Part shown: positions 23,277 through 32,815 of the stretch, piece after piece
Layout of the letters: the number at the start of each line of letters is the position of its first letter
How positions within the stretch are numbered: the first letter of the stretch is position 1
Source of the DNA: an uncultured Pseudomonadota bacterium
GTDB lineage: Bacteria > Pseudomonadota > Alphaproteobacteria > Acetobacterales > Acetobacteraceae
Length of the DNA: 64,000 nucleotides
Direction of reading: 5' to 3'
NCBI GenBank assembly: GCA_963838805.1
Contig: CAWISK010000010.1
Location: 291,335-355,334, forward strand
Program-made: the position numbers and the translations under genes
The notes under the pieces: generated by a model
What the model saw: only the letters and a program-made list of their open reading frames with translations
The model's database searches: none
Told to the model about the DNA's origin: nothing

Positions 23277-23515
23277 CGCGCGGGCTTGCTGAACGACTGG
23301 CGCCGGCCCGGATATGTTCAAGCCAAACCCTCCCCAGGGCGCCGCTGCTTTTTCGGCTTGTTTCACTCGGCAGGTCCCGCGCCAACGAGGCCAGCCTGCT
23401 GCGGCCGCGGAATGTCAAATTCCGGCGACCGCTGCAACCTAGCAGGTATCGGCGCAAATGCCACACCGCCGACACCGGCGGTCGCCGATCCACATCATGC
23501 CTTTTTCGATGTCGA

Positions 23516-23951
23516 TCATGATGCGGCCCCTTTTGCGCCCGCCGTCCAGCCGCCGAGCTTGCAGATATGCCGCCAATGGACCGGCGATACGGGCACCACC
23601 GACAGCCGGGATTGCCGCAGCAACTCGAAGCCCTCAAGCCGCGGATCGGCTTTCATCTGGGCAAGGCTTATCGGCCGTGGCATCGGTGCCATGGCGCGCA
23701 TGTCGACGGCAGACCCAGTTGCCGCTCTGCGCCGTCGGGATCCGGATAGGCCTCGCGGGCCACCTCGACGACGCCCACGACCTCCTTCCCATATTGGAAT
23801 GGTAGAAGAACGCGCGATCGCCCAGGCGCATGGCGCGCAGATTGTTCGCAGCGGCGTGGTTGCGCACGCCGGTCCAGGGCTCGACGCACGTTGGCGACCT
23901 GCTGCGCCCACGAGAACCGTCCGGCTCGGACTTGACCAGCCAGACCGCCAT
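23516..23951 (-). pseudogene. EVE (DUF55, PUA-like) domain protein, about 5 frame changes in 436 nt
   Basis: A consensus-like reading needs three frames. In order: MAVWLVKSEPDG / FSWAQQVANV / VEPWTGVRNHAAANNLRAMRLGDRAFFYHSN / GKEVVGVVEVAREAYPDPDGAE / SGNWVC / VDMRAMAPMPRPISLAQMKADPRLEGFELLRQSRLSVVPV. Confidence 0.75.
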
Positions 23952-23956
23952 CCGCT

Positions 23957-24250
23957 TCAGCCAGCCTTGGCGCCGTCCTTGAACACGGCGCGGAACGGAC
24001 GGATCACGGTCGCCTCGAACAACCCGGCCTTGGCATAGGGATCGGCGGCGGCGAAGGCCTCGGCGGCCGCCCGGTCGGCCACGTCGATCAGCAGCAGCGA
24101 GCCGCAGGGCTTGCCGTCCGCGTCCAGCATGGCACCGCCCTCGACCAGTTCGGCGACGCGGCTCTCCAGATAGGCCAGATGCGCCGGGCGGTTCGCCGTG
24201 CGGGTCTCGGACGCGGCCGGGCGGTCTGTGCATATCAGCGCGAACAACAT
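23957..24250 (-). CDS. YciI family protein
   Basis: 97 aa: MLFALICTDRPAASETRTANRPAHLAYLE...GGAMLDADGKPCGSLLLIDV. Only the 3' end of track ORF 23957..25108 is genuine. Confidence 0.85.
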   Translation of the reverse strand: MLFALICTDRPAASETRTANRPAHLAYLESRVAELVEGGAMLDADGKPCGSLLLIDVADRAAAEAFAAADPYAKAGLFEATVIRPFRAVFKDGAKAG

Positions 24251-24337
24251 GAAAACCTCTCCATAGGGGACGGGAGCGCAGCCTACGCGACCGGCCGCGC
24301 GCTTCAAACTTGGCGCGGCCTGCCGTAGTCTCTGCTC

Positions 24338-25117
24338 ATGGATGCCAGTTCCGCGCTCGCGGCGCCGCCGCCGCTGCCGGCGGGTGGCCGCGGCCTGCAC
24401 CGCTTCGCCAATCCCGGCCGGTTCCTGCGGCTCTCCGGGCGCGTGCTGCCGCCGCTCACGGGCTTCGCGGTCGCGGTCAGTGCCATCGGACTCGGCTGGG
24501 GGCTGTTCTTCTCGCCGGCCGACTGGCAGCAGGGCGACGTGGTGCGGATCATGTACCTGCACGTGCCCTGCGCCTGGCTTGCCTCGGGTGGCTATGCGGC
24601 TCTGGCGGCCTGCTCGGCGGCCTCGCTGATCTGGCGGCATCCGCTGGCCGATCTGGCCGCCGTCGAGATCGGGCCGGTGGGGGCGGCGGCGACCGGACTG
24701 TGCCTCGCCAGCGGCAGCCTGTGGGGCAAGCCCACCTGGGGCACCTGGTGGGTGTGGGACGCGCGGCTGACCTCGGTGCTGGTGCTGTTCTTCCTGTATC
24801 TGGGGCATATCGCCCTGGTGCGCGCCTTCGACGACCCGCAGCGCGGCTATCGCGCTGGGGCGATCCTGGCGCTGGTGGGCGTCATCAACCTGCCGATCAT
24901 CAAATATTCGGTCGATTGGTGGAACACGCTGCACCAGCCGGCCAGCATCACGTTGACCGGGGCACCCACCATGTATGTCGGAATGCTCTGGCCGCTGCTT
25001 ATCTCCGCCCTGGGCCTCTCGGCCGGCTTCGCCGCCCTGGTCGTGGCACGGCTGCGCGCGGCGATCATGGAGCGGCGCATCCGCGCCCTGCTGATGGCGC
25101 GTGCGCATTCGGCATGA
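24338..25117 (+). CDS. ccmC: heme exporter protein C (cytochrome c maturation system I)
   Basis: WWVWDARLTS Trp-rich motif, conserved His context MYLHVP, 259 aa polytopic. Confidence 0.94.
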   Translation: MDASSALAAPPPLPAGGRGLHRFANPGRFLRLSGRVLPPLTGFAVAVSAIGLGWGLFFSPADWQQGDVVRIMYLHVPCAWLASGGYAALAACSAASLIWRHPLADLAAVEIGPVGAAATGLCLASGSLWGKPTWGTWWVWDARLTSVLVLFFLYLGHIALVRAFDDPQRGYRAGAILALVGVINLPIIKYSVDWWNTLHQPASITLTGAPTMYVGMLWPLLISALGLSAGFAALVVARLRAAIMERRIRALLMARAHSA

Positions 25118-25130
25118 CAGGCGGGACCGA

Positions 25131-25274
25131 ATGAACCATCTGCCCTACATCGCCGCCGCCTATGGCCTCGCACTCGCGGTCATCCTGTTTCTATCGGTCG
25201 ATGCCGCCTTGCGGACGATGCGAGCGCGGCGGCGCCTGGCAGCCATCGACCCGCGCGCGGGTGGCGAGGCATGA
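25131..25274 (+). CDS. ccmD: heme exporter protein D
   Basis: Not in the ORF track (47 aa): MNHLPYIAAAYGLALAVILFLSVDAALRTMRARRRLAAIDP.... The stop overlaps the ccmE ATG (ATGA). Position between ccmC and ccmE is canonical. Confidence 0.8.
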   Translation: MNHLPYIAAAYGLALAVILFLSVDAALRTMRARRRLAAIDPRAGGEA

Positions 25275-25786
25275 CGCGCAAGCACCGGCGCATGGTCATG
25301 CTGCTGGCCTGCGGCCTGGGCCTGGGGTCGGCGGCGGCGCTGACACTTTCGGCCCTCGGCAGCAGCATGACGTTCTTCCTGGCCCCGGCCGAGATCGCCG
25401 CCAAGGCGCCGCCGCCCGGCCGGGAATTCCGCCTGGGCGGGCTGGTGAAGGAAGGCAGCCTGACGCGGCACGAGCAGGACGGCACGCCCACCGCCCGCTT
25501 CACCCTCACCGACGGCAAGGGAAGCGTGACCGTCGAATATGCCGGCATCCTGCCCGACTTGTTCCGCGAGGGTCAGGGCATCGTGGCCCTCGGCACCCTG
25601 GACCGCAGCGGCGTGTTCCGCGCGAACGAGGTGCTGGCCAAGCACGACGAGACCTACATGCCCAAGGAAGTGGTGGAAGCGTTGAAGAAATCCGGCCACT
25701 GGGATCCCGCCGCGGGCAAGCCGCCTCCCGCTGCCACCTGGAACGATCTCTCGCTCGCCAAGGCCGGCGCCCAGGCTGGCGGATGA
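25271..25786 (+). CDS. ccmE: cytochrome c maturation heme chaperone CcmE
   Basis: FRLGGLVKEGS..., LAKHDETYMPKE heme-binding His motif, 171 aa. Confidence 0.94.
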   Translation: MTRKHRRMVMLLACGLGLGSAAALTLSALGSSMTFFLAPAEIAAKAPPPGREFRLGGLVKEGSLTRHEQDGTPTARFTLTDGKGSVTVEYAGILPDLFREGQGIVALGTLDRSGVFRANEVLAKHDETYMPKEVVEALKKSGHWDPAAGKPPPAATWNDLSLAKAGAQAGG

Positions 25787-27765
25787 CCCAGCCCTCGGTT
25801 CCCGAACTCGGGCATTTCGCGCTGGCGCTGGCGGTGGCCTTCGGCTTCGCGCAGGCGATCCTGCCGCTCTGGGGCGCGCAGCGGCGCGACGCGCGACTGA
25901 TCGCGGCAGCACCCGCCATCGCGCTCGGCACGTTCATCTGCCTCGCCACGGCGTTCCTGTGCCTGATGTACAGCTCTGTGACGGACGATTTCTCGGTGCT
26001 GAACATCGCCGAGAACAGCCACAGCCTGAAGCCGCTGCTCTACAAGATCACCGGCGTCTGGGGCGACCACGAAGGCTCGATCCTGCTGTGGTGCCTGATC
26101 CTGTCGGTGTGCGGGGCCGCCGTCGCGATCTTCGGGACGAACCTGCCCTCGGCATTGCGAGCGCGCGTGCTGGGGGTGATGGGCCTGTCGTCCTGCGGCT
26201 TCATGCTGTTCGCGCTGTTGGCGAGCAACCCGTTCCTACGCATCTGGCCGCCGCCGATCGACGGGCGGGACATGAACCCGCTGCTGCAGGATCCCGGTCT
26301 CGCCTTCCACCCGCCGATCCTCTATCTCGGCTATGTCGGCATGTCGGTGCCGTTCGCCTTCGCGGTGGCGGCGCTGATCGAGGGCCGTGTCGATGCCGCC
26401 TGGGGCCGTTGGGTGCGGCCCTGGACCTTGGCCGCCTGGTGCTGCCTGACCGGCGGCATCGCGCTCGGCTCGTGGTGGGCGTATTACGAGCTGGGCTGGG
26501 GCGGGTTCTGGTTCTGGGATCCGGTGGAGAACGCCTCGCTGCTGCCCTGGCTGACCGGCACGGCGCTGCTGCATTCGGCGATCGTGGTGGAAAAGCGCGA
26601 ATCGCTGAAGGTCTGGACCACGCTGCTCGCCATCGGCACGTTCTCGCTCAGCTTGTCGGGGACGTTCCTGGTGCGCTCCGGCATTCTCAACTCGGTCCAC
26701 TCCTTCGCGCAGGATCCGGCGCGCGGCGTGTTCATCCTGGGGCTGCTGGCGCTGGTGATCGGCGGCTCGCTGGCATTGTTCGCCTGGCGGGCGCCCTTGC
26801 TTGCCGCCTCCGGCATTTTCGCACCGCTGTCGCGCGAGGGCGCGTTGGTGCTGAACAATATCCTGCTCTGCTCCATCGCCGCCGTGGTGCTGACCGGCAC
26901 CACCTTCCCGTTGTTTTCCGACCTGCTGTTCGGCCAGAAATTCTCGGTGGGGGCACCGTTTTTCAACGCGACCGTCCTGCCGCTGGCCGTGCCGGTGTTC
27001 ATCGCCATGTCGATCGGGCCGACATTGGCCTGGAAGCGCGCTTCGCTGCGCCCCGCCCTGTCGCGGCTGTGGTGGGCGGCGCTGGCGGCGCTCGCGATCG
27101 CCCTGTTCGCCTCGCTGCGCGCGAAACTGCTGCCGACGCTGGCGTTTGGTGCGGCAGCCTGGCTGATCCTGGGGGCGGCGGCGGAGGTGATCGGCCGCAT
27201 CCGGCTGTTCCGCGTCCCGTTGCGCGCGAGCCTCGCCCGGCTGGGCAGCCTGCCGCGCGGCTCGTTCGGTACCACCATCGCCCATGCCGGGCTGGGCGTG
27301 ACCATCGCCGGCATCGCCGGGATGTCGCTCGCCAGCAGCCGCGTGGTGCTGCTGCATCCCGGCCAGTCCACCACCATTGCCGGCTATACCTGGACCTTGG
27401 AGGGCGTGCGCGACGCTCCCGGCCCGAACTATGCGGCGCGGGTCGCGACCGTCGATATCAGCCGCCACGGCCACCATATCGTCACACTGGAGCCGGCGCG
27501 GCGCAGCTTCCCGGTGCAGCAGGTGACGACGACCGAGGCGCGCATCAGCACCAACGGTTTCCGTGACCTCTATGCCGTGCTGGGCGATGAGCGTGACGGG
27601 GCGGCGGTGATGCGGTTGCACGTCAACCCGCTGGCACCCTGGATCTGGCTCGGTGCCCTGATCATGGCGGCCGGCGGTATGCTGTCGCTGTCCGATCGGC
27701 GGCTGCGGGTCGGGGCGCCCGCCCGCCGCGGGCTGCCGGCAGCGCCCCCGGTGCCGGCCGAATAA
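25783..27765 (+). CDS. ccmF: heme lyase CcmF/NrfE family subunit
   Basis: MTQPSVPELGHFALALA... inside track ORF 25162..27765. WGGFWFWDPVENAS Trp-rich motif. ATGA overlap with ccmE. Confidence 0.95.
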   Translation: MTQPSVPELGHFALALAVAFGFAQAILPLWGAQRRDARLIAAAPAIALGTFICLATAFLCLMYSSVTDDFSVLNIAENSHSLKPLLYKITGVWGDHEGSILLWCLILSVCGAAVAIFGTNLPSALRARVLGVMGLSSCGFMLFALLASNPFLRIWPPPIDGRDMNPLLQDPGLAFHPPILYLGYVGMSVPFAFAVAALIEGRVDAAWGRWVRPWTLAAWCCLTGGIALGSWWAYYELGWGGFWFWDPVENASLLPWLTGTALLHSAIVVEKRESLKVWTTLLAIGTFSLSLSGTFLVRSGILNSVHSFAQDPARGVFILGLLALVIGGSLALFAWRAPLLAASGIFAPLSREGALVLNNILLCSIAAVVLTGTTFPLFSDLLFGQKFSVGAPFFNATVLPLAVPVFIAMSIGPTLAWKRASLRPALSRLWWAALAALAIALFASLRAKLLPTLAFGAAAWLILGAAAEVIGRIRLFRVPLRASLARLGSLPRGSFGTTIAHAGLGVTIAGIAGMSLASSRVVLLHPGQSTTIAGYTWTLEGVRDAPGPNYAARVATVDISRHGHHIVTLEPARRSFPVQQVTTTEARISTNGFRDLYAVLGDERDGAAVMRLHVNPLAPWIWLGALIMAAGGMLSLSDRRLRVGAPARRGLPAAPPVPAE

Positions 27766-28295
27766 TGGAACGGCGCCGTCTGCTGATGCTGGCGCCGCTC
27801 GGCATCGCCGGCGTCGTCGGCGTGTCGTTCTTCGCCATGCTGCGCGGGCTGCAAAGCGGGGAGTTCAACCCGCGCGGCGTACCCTCGCCGCTCCTGGGCC
27901 ACCACGTGCCGCCATTCCGGCTGCCGGGTCTGACCGATGCCGATCTGGTCACCGGCCGGCCAATCCTGGTCAATTTCTTCGCGTCCTGGTGCGTACCCTG
28001 CGTCGAGGAAACGCCTGTGCTGCTCGACCTCAAGCAGGGCGGTGTCACGCTGATCGGCATCGCCTACAAGGACAAGCCGCGGGCCACCGCCGCCTTTCTC
28101 GCGCGCCACGGCGACCCCTATGCACGGGTCTCGGCCGACGCGCCGGGAACGGTTGCGATCGACTGGGGGGTGAGCGGCGTGCCCGAGACCTACCTGGTCG
28201 ATCCGCGCGGCATCGTCCGCTGGCACTACGCCCTGCCGCTCACCGAATCGGTGGTGGCCGACGAGTTGGCGCCGCTGCTGCGGCACTACGCATGA
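27765..28295 (+). CDS. ccmG: thiol:disulfide interchange protein DsbE/CcmG
   Basis: Thioredoxin motif WCVPC and GVPETYLVD. TAATG overlap with ccmF. Confidence 0.93.
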   Translation: MERRRLLMLAPLGIAGVVGVSFFAMLRGLQSGEFNPRGVPSPLLGHHVPPFRLPGLTDADLVTGRPILVNFFASWCVPCVEETPVLLDLKQGGVTLIGIAYKDKPRATAAFLARHGDPYARVSADAPGTVAIDWGVSGVPETYLVDPRGIVRWHYALPLTESVVADELAPLLRHYA

Positions 28296-28753
28296 AGGCG
28301 ATCCTGCTGCTGCTGGCCTTGAGCTTCGCGCCTATCCTGGCCGGGAGCGCGCCAGCCTGGGCCATCTCCGACCCCGCCGAGGCGCTGCCAAATCCGGCGC
28401 AGGAGGCGCGGGCGGAGCGCATCGGCAGCCAACTGCGCTGCCTCGTCTGCCAGAACGAGAGCATCGAGGACAGCCAGGCCGATCTGGCGCGCGATCTGCG
28501 CAAGATCGTCCGCGAACAGGTGGCCGCCGGCAAGACCGACCGGCAGGTGATCGCGTGGCTGGTGGCCCGCTACGGCAATTTCGTCCGGCTGCGGCCGCCG
28601 CTGGATGCGGCGACGCTGCTGCTGTGGGGGTCGCCCGTGATCGCCCTGCTCGTGGGATTCGCGGCGGTGCTGTTGTCGCGGCGGCGTTCGGCCCCGCCGC
28701 CGCCGCTGGACGCAGCCGAACAGGCACGGCTGGACCGGCTGCTCGGCGCGTGA
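28292..28753 (+). CDS. ccmH: cytochrome c-type biogenesis protein CcmH
   Basis: Signal peptide plus LRCLVCQNESIEDS motif. Starts MKAILLLLALSF (ATG 28292), ATGA overlap with ccmG. Confidence 0.92.
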   Translation: MKAILLLLALSFAPILAGSAPAWAISDPAEALPNPAQEARAERIGSQLRCLVCQNESIEDSQADLARDLRKIVREQVAAGKTDRQVIAWLVARYGNFVRLRPPLDAATLLLWGSPVIALLVGFAAVLLSRRRSAPPPPLDAAEQARLDRLLGA

Positions 28754-29463
28754 CGATCGCGGCGCTGATCCTGCTGGCGGCGGTGGCCCTTGCCCCGCTG
28801 GCTCTGGCCCTCCGCCGCCTCGCTCCCGGGCGCGGCCGGCGCGAGGCGGCGCTGGCGCTGCATCGGGCGCAACTGGCCGAACTGGAACGCGACCGCGCCG
28901 AGGGGCGGATCAATGCCAGCGAGCACGCAACCGCGCTGATCGAGGTGCAGCGGCGCCTGCTCGCGGCTGACGCCCTCCCGCAGGCCGCCTCTGTTCCGGC
29001 GGCACGGCGCGCGCCGGTGATCGCGGCACTCGTGCTGGTGCCGCTGCTGGGCGCCGGCCTCTATCTTGTGCATGGCCGCCCCGATCTGCCTTCGGCCCCG
29101 TTGGCCGCGCGCATCCGCGCCGCGCACCAGACCGATGTGCTGCTGGCGATGCTGCGCGAACGCCTGGCGGTGCCCGGCCTGGATCCGGAGCGCGCACGCC
29201 GGGGATACGTGCTCCTCGGCAATGCCGAGGATTCGACCGGGCATCTGGCCCAGGCCGCCGCCGCCTGGCGCGAGGCGGTGCGGCTGCGCTTCGAGCCGGA
29301 CCTCGCGGCATTGGCCGCAGAGGCGCAGACCAGGGTGGATGGCGGCAAGGTCAGCGCCAATTCCGCGGCTCTGTTCACGCGCGCGCTGGCCGAGGGTGCC
29401 AAGGATGCCCCCTGGCGGGGCATCGCCGAGCAGCGGCTGCGGCAGGTCTCCGCCAAGCCGTAG
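28750..29463 (+). CDS. ccmI: c-type cytochrome biogenesis protein CcmI (CycH-like)
   Basis: GTG at 28750 overlaps the ccmH stop (GTGA). N-terminal TM VTIAALILLAAVALAPLALAL followed by a TPR-like tail. Position is canonical. Confidence 0.72.
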   Translation: MTIAALILLAAVALAPLALALRRLAPGRGRREAALALHRAQLAELERDRAEGRINASEHATALIEVQRRLLAADALPQAASVPAARRAPVIAALVLVPLLGAGLYLVHGRPDLPSAPLAARIRAAHQTDVLLAMLRERLAVPGLDPERARRGYVLLGNAEDSTGHLAQAAAAWREAVRLRFEPDLAALAAEAQTRVDGGKVSANSAALFTRALAEGAKDAPWRGIAEQRLRQVSAKP

Positions 29464-29467
29464 TGCC

Positions 29468-30760
29468 CTATTCCGTGAAACGCGCTGGCGCGCTGAGCGC
29501 CGCCTGGAGCATCGCCTGCAGCGCCACGCCGATCGAGGCGGCATCGTTTGCCTGGAAGGCAAAGCTGGGCGAGGAGGCACAGGCTTGCAAATCGGCGGCA
29601 AGAGATCCTGCGAACGGCGCCACGTTGCTTACGTAGAAACTGTTGGCTGTCGGGACGTTCGGGGGCACCAGCGGAAAATACTGCGTGTACAGCGTGAGGA
29701 TCTGCACCCCCTTGGCTTTCAGGGCACTGCACTGCGCGGGGTCGAGCGGTGCGATCACCCTGTGCCCGCTGCTGTTGAAGTAGTCGGCCACGCCGTCACT
29801 GACGATGAACAGGAAGCGCCGGGGGGCGCTCGCGGTCGATCCGTCTCCGGCCACCGGCGTCAGTGTGGTGATCTGCTGCAAAGCCAGAGGGATGTTGGTA
29901 TCGGCATCACCGCCATTGGTCGTCACGGGGACCGCCATCGCTCCGACGGCGGCGGCGGCTCCTGCCAGATTGGTGCTCGGCGCATAGACGGTGCCGAAGC
30001 TCGCGTTGAAGCTGTAGAGCCCGATCTGGAACTGGGCTGCCGCGGGCGACGCGGCGATGGTGTTGATCACGTTCTGCACCGCCTGGGTCAGCACGTTGAT
30101 CCGCAGCGGCACTCCGTTCGCTTGGGCAAGGCCATAGAAATCGTTGTTCCTGGCGTCGAAATGGCAGCCGAACGCGCAATTCTGGCCTTGCCCCCAGGTG
30201 GCGAATAACGGGCTCTTGCGGACCAGCGCACCGAGCCGCGCCATGTCGGCGGGTGACGCCGCGATGGCCATCGACGAGGAATCGTCCATCAGGATGCTGA
30301 TCGCGAAGAACGGGCTGTTGGTCCGGCTCGCTGTGGCCGAACCCGAGGCAGGCAGGGACGGGAAGCCGAACAGGCCCGCGAATTGCGTCGTGTATTTTGC
30401 GCTGTAGGCGACCGCCGCCGTAATCGTGCCGCCGTTGCGCGTGACACCGACGCTGAGGGAGGTCGTGATGACACCGGGCAGATTGCCGGCCTGAGCATCG
30501 AACCGCTTCACGCCCGCGTCCTGCGCCGGCTGCAGCGAGGTGCCCGGATTGGCGGCGAAATCGTTGGCCCCGGTGATCGCGGCGCTGAGTGCCGCGGCAT
30601 CGGCCGCGAGATCGAGCTGCGAGCGGGCCCGCACCGCCGAGCCGATATCGTAGGCCAGCGCCACAAAGCCGATGACAGGCGTGATCGCCAGCGCGAACAG
30701 CACCGCCGTCGCGGCCCGCCTGTCGCCCCGCCATCGGCGCCATCCGCGGCGCCGGCTCAT
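29468..30760 (-). CDS. TadG-like pilus assembly protein with von Willebrand factor A domain
   Basis: Starts MSRRRGWRRWRGDRRAATAVLFALAITPVIGF (TadE/G N-terminal helix). MIDAS-like ILMDDSSSM. Real start ATG 30758-30760 within track ORF 29468..31489. Confidence 0.8.
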   Translation of the reverse strand: MSRRRGWRRWRGDRRAATAVLFALAITPVIGFVALAYDIGSAVRARSQLDLAADAAALSAAITGANDFAANPGTSLQPAQDAGVKRFDAQAGNLPGVITTSLSVGVTRNGGTITAAVAYSAKYTTQFAGLFGFPSLPASGSATASRTNSPFFAISILMDDSSSMAIAASPADMARLGALVRKSPLFATWGQGQNCAFGCHFDARNNDFYGLAQANGVPLRINVLTQAVQNVINTIAASPAAAQFQIGLYSFNASFGTVYAPSTNLAGAAAAVGAMAVPVTTNGGDADTNIPLALQQITTLTPVAGDGSTASAPRRFLFIVSDGVADYFNSSGHRVIAPLDPAQCSALKAKGVQILTLYTQYFPLVPPNVPTANSFYVSNVAPFAGSLAADLQACASSPSFAFQANDAASIGVALQAMLQAALSAPARFTE

Positions 30761-31422
30761 CCGGTATAGCCCGGGCATTGCGCGTGGGCGGCAGTCGGTC
30801 CCGTCAGATGCACCCAGTCGCCATTGCCGCCGGTGCGCGCGGGCATGTACGCCGTCTCCATGAAACGCAGGCCCGAACCGAACAGGGAGGTGAACAGCGG
30901 GGTGAAATCGTAGGTCACATCGACCGCCAGCACGGGCGCCGCAGTGAATGCATCGACGGGCAAGGTGGAAACCGACGGCGGCGCGCCGTCCGCCACGGCG
31001 ACCAGGGTGCCGCAGGGCCGGGCCGCGGCGATGCCTTGCAGCGCCACGCTCCACGCGGTGTTCGCGACATAGGTGCAGCCGCTGGTGCAATTGCTGCTTG
31101 TCGCCGCCATGACGATGCTGGAGAGCGTGACGCCGTAGCGTGACAGCGGCGCGGTACTGAGCGCCGGCATCACGGCGAACACGGCAGTACTCGCCGTCGC
31201 GGCCTGGGCGGTCGTGAGGCTGTTGCTGTTGTTTTGCGTGGCCGCGTAGGTCGTGGCGATGCGCCCGATGGCGTCGGCCGCGGCCGCCAGTTGCCACCAG
31301 GCGATGATCGCGTTGGTGACGTCGAAGAGCGACATCGCAATGACGATCAGGACCGGCGCCAGCAGCGCGAACTCCAGCGCCGCCACGCCGCGCTGATCCG
31401 TCCCGATGGACACGCGCCGCAT
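30757..31422 (-). CDS. TadE/TadG family pilus assembly protein
   Basis: MRRVSIGTDQRGVAALEFALLAPVLIVIAMSLFD (TadE-like N-terminus). The 3' end overlaps the next gene's start (ATGA). Confidence 0.8.
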   Translation of the reverse strand: MRRVSIGTDQRGVAALEFALLAPVLIVIAMSLFDVTNAIIAWWQLAAAADAIGRIATTYAATQNNSNSLTTAQAATASTAVFAVMPALSTAPLSRYGVTLSSIVMAATSSNCTSGCTYVANTAWSVALQGIAAARPCGTLVAVADGAPPSVSTLPVDAFTAAPVLAVDVTYDFTPLFTSLFGSGLRFMETAYMPARTGGNGDWVHLTGPTAAHAQCPGYTG

Positions 31423-31916
31423 CAATACTCGTTCTGGTAAGGATAGTCGGCGGTGACGGAAGCGCCTGCGAACCCGCCCGAGGCGCCACGCCCAGATGGC
31501 AGCGGCCAGCCCAGCCCCGGCAAGCGGTAGGTCGCCTGGAGCAGCATCAGGCTGCCGCTCTGCCCGGAGGTGAAGGGAAGCGGGCCGGAGCCGCCGATGG
31601 ATGAACTGTTGTGGTAGTCGGTCACGCTCACCAGCGCGATGCTGATGTTCGAGCAGGCGAGGAACGCCGACAGCAGTGGGCAGAACGTGACCGTCTGAAA
31701 GCTGTTCGCATTTCGCGAAAGCGACTGCGTGCTGTCCACCGCCAGCATCCGGGCGGCGCGGCCGCTGGCATAGTCCAGTGCCACCTGCACATAGAGACGG
31801 AAGCCGAGAGCGATCGAGAACAGGATGAGGCCGAAACAGGCGAGGCCGGTGAGCGCGAACTCCAGCGCGGTCGTGCCACGCCGATCGCGCAGGGCGGATC
31901 GCAGGCAGGACCGCAC
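31422..31916 (-). CDS. TadE-like protein
   Basis: RDRRGTTALEFALTGLACFGLILFSIALGF motif. GTG 31914-31916 gives a normal short N-terminus; the track ORF ATG at 32027 would add 37 residues. Confidence 0.6.
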   Translation of the reverse strand: MRSCLRSALRDRRGTTALEFALTGLACFGLILFSIALGFRLYVQVALDYASGRAARMLAVDSTQSLSRNANSFQTVTFCPLLSAFLACSNISIALVSVTDYHNSSSIGGSGPLPFTSGQSGSLMLLQATYRLPGLGWPLPSGRGASGGFAGASVTADYPYQNEY

Positions 31917-32032
31917 GCGATGCGTCGCTGTGGCCAATCCGGCTGGTCTCCACGGAATTGCCGCGCGCGGCCGCAGGACCGCCCCATCCGATGTAGGGGA
32001 TGAGCGTAACCCGGAGCTTAACGGCACATCCG

Positions 32033-32815
32033 TTACAGAGCTGCGGCCAGGGCTGCGACATCGGCGGCGGCGGGACTGCCAGGCGCGTGATCGAGCAGCG
32101 GGGTCTGCCGGCGGATGGCCGCGCGCACCTGTTCGTCGCGCCGCACCACGCCCGCGAGTGCGGGTGCAGCACCCAGGAAGGTGCCGCAGGCCGCGGCCAG
32201 GGCGCGATAGGTGCGCTGCCCGGCCGACAGCGACGCGGCCTGATTGACCACGACATGCGCCGTCCCGGCAAAACCGCCGTCGCGACGGTCAGCGGCGTAG
32301 AGCTTCAGCACGGCATACGCATCCGTGAGGCTCGTGGGCTCGTCGGTCAGCAGCACCAGCAATGTGTCGGCCAACACCGCCATGCGCCGCACGCCCGAAT
32401 CCAGCCCTGCGCCGAGATCGAGAATCACCCGATCATAGCCCCGCCCCAACTCGGCGAGGCCAAGCAGCAATCCATCGAGTGCCTGCGGCGGCAAGGCGGC
32501 CAGCGATCCGGCCCCGGAGCATCCAGCCAGAATGTCGAATCCGGAAGGGTGGCGCGCCACGGCCTGCGCCAGCGTCATGTGACCGCCCAGCACGGCGCCA
32601 AGCTCGCCGCGCGGCGACAGGCCGAGCTGCACATCGACATTGGCGAGGCCCAGATCGCCGTCGCACAGCAGCACCCGCGCCCCTTGCCGCGCCCAGGCAT
32701 GGGCCAGGGTGATGGCGAACCAGGTCTTGCCCACGCCCCCCTTGCCGGATGCAATGGCCAGCAGGCCGCCAGGCTTCGGGTGCGAGCCTTGCGCCGCCTG
32801 GACCGGACCGTTCAT
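32033..32815 (-). CDS. flhG: MinD/ParA-family ATPase, flagellar number regulator FlhG (MotR-like)
   Basis: Deviant Walker A ASGKGGVGKTW. ATGA overlap with the flhF stop. Start MNGPVQAAQ (ATG 32813-32815). Confidence 0.82.
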   Translation of the reverse strand: MNGPVQAAQGSHPKPGGLLAIASGKGGVGKTWFAITLAHAWARQGARVLLCDGDLGLANVDVQLGLSPRGELGAVLGGHMTLAQAVARHPSGFDILAGCSGAGSLAALPPQALDGLLLGLAELGRGYDRVILDLGAGLDSGVRRMAVLADTLLVLLTDEPTSLTDAYAVLKLYAADRRDGGFAGTAHVVVNQAASLSAGQRTYRALAAACGTFLGAAPALAGVVRRDEQVRAAIRRQTPLLDHAPGSPAAADVAALAAAL

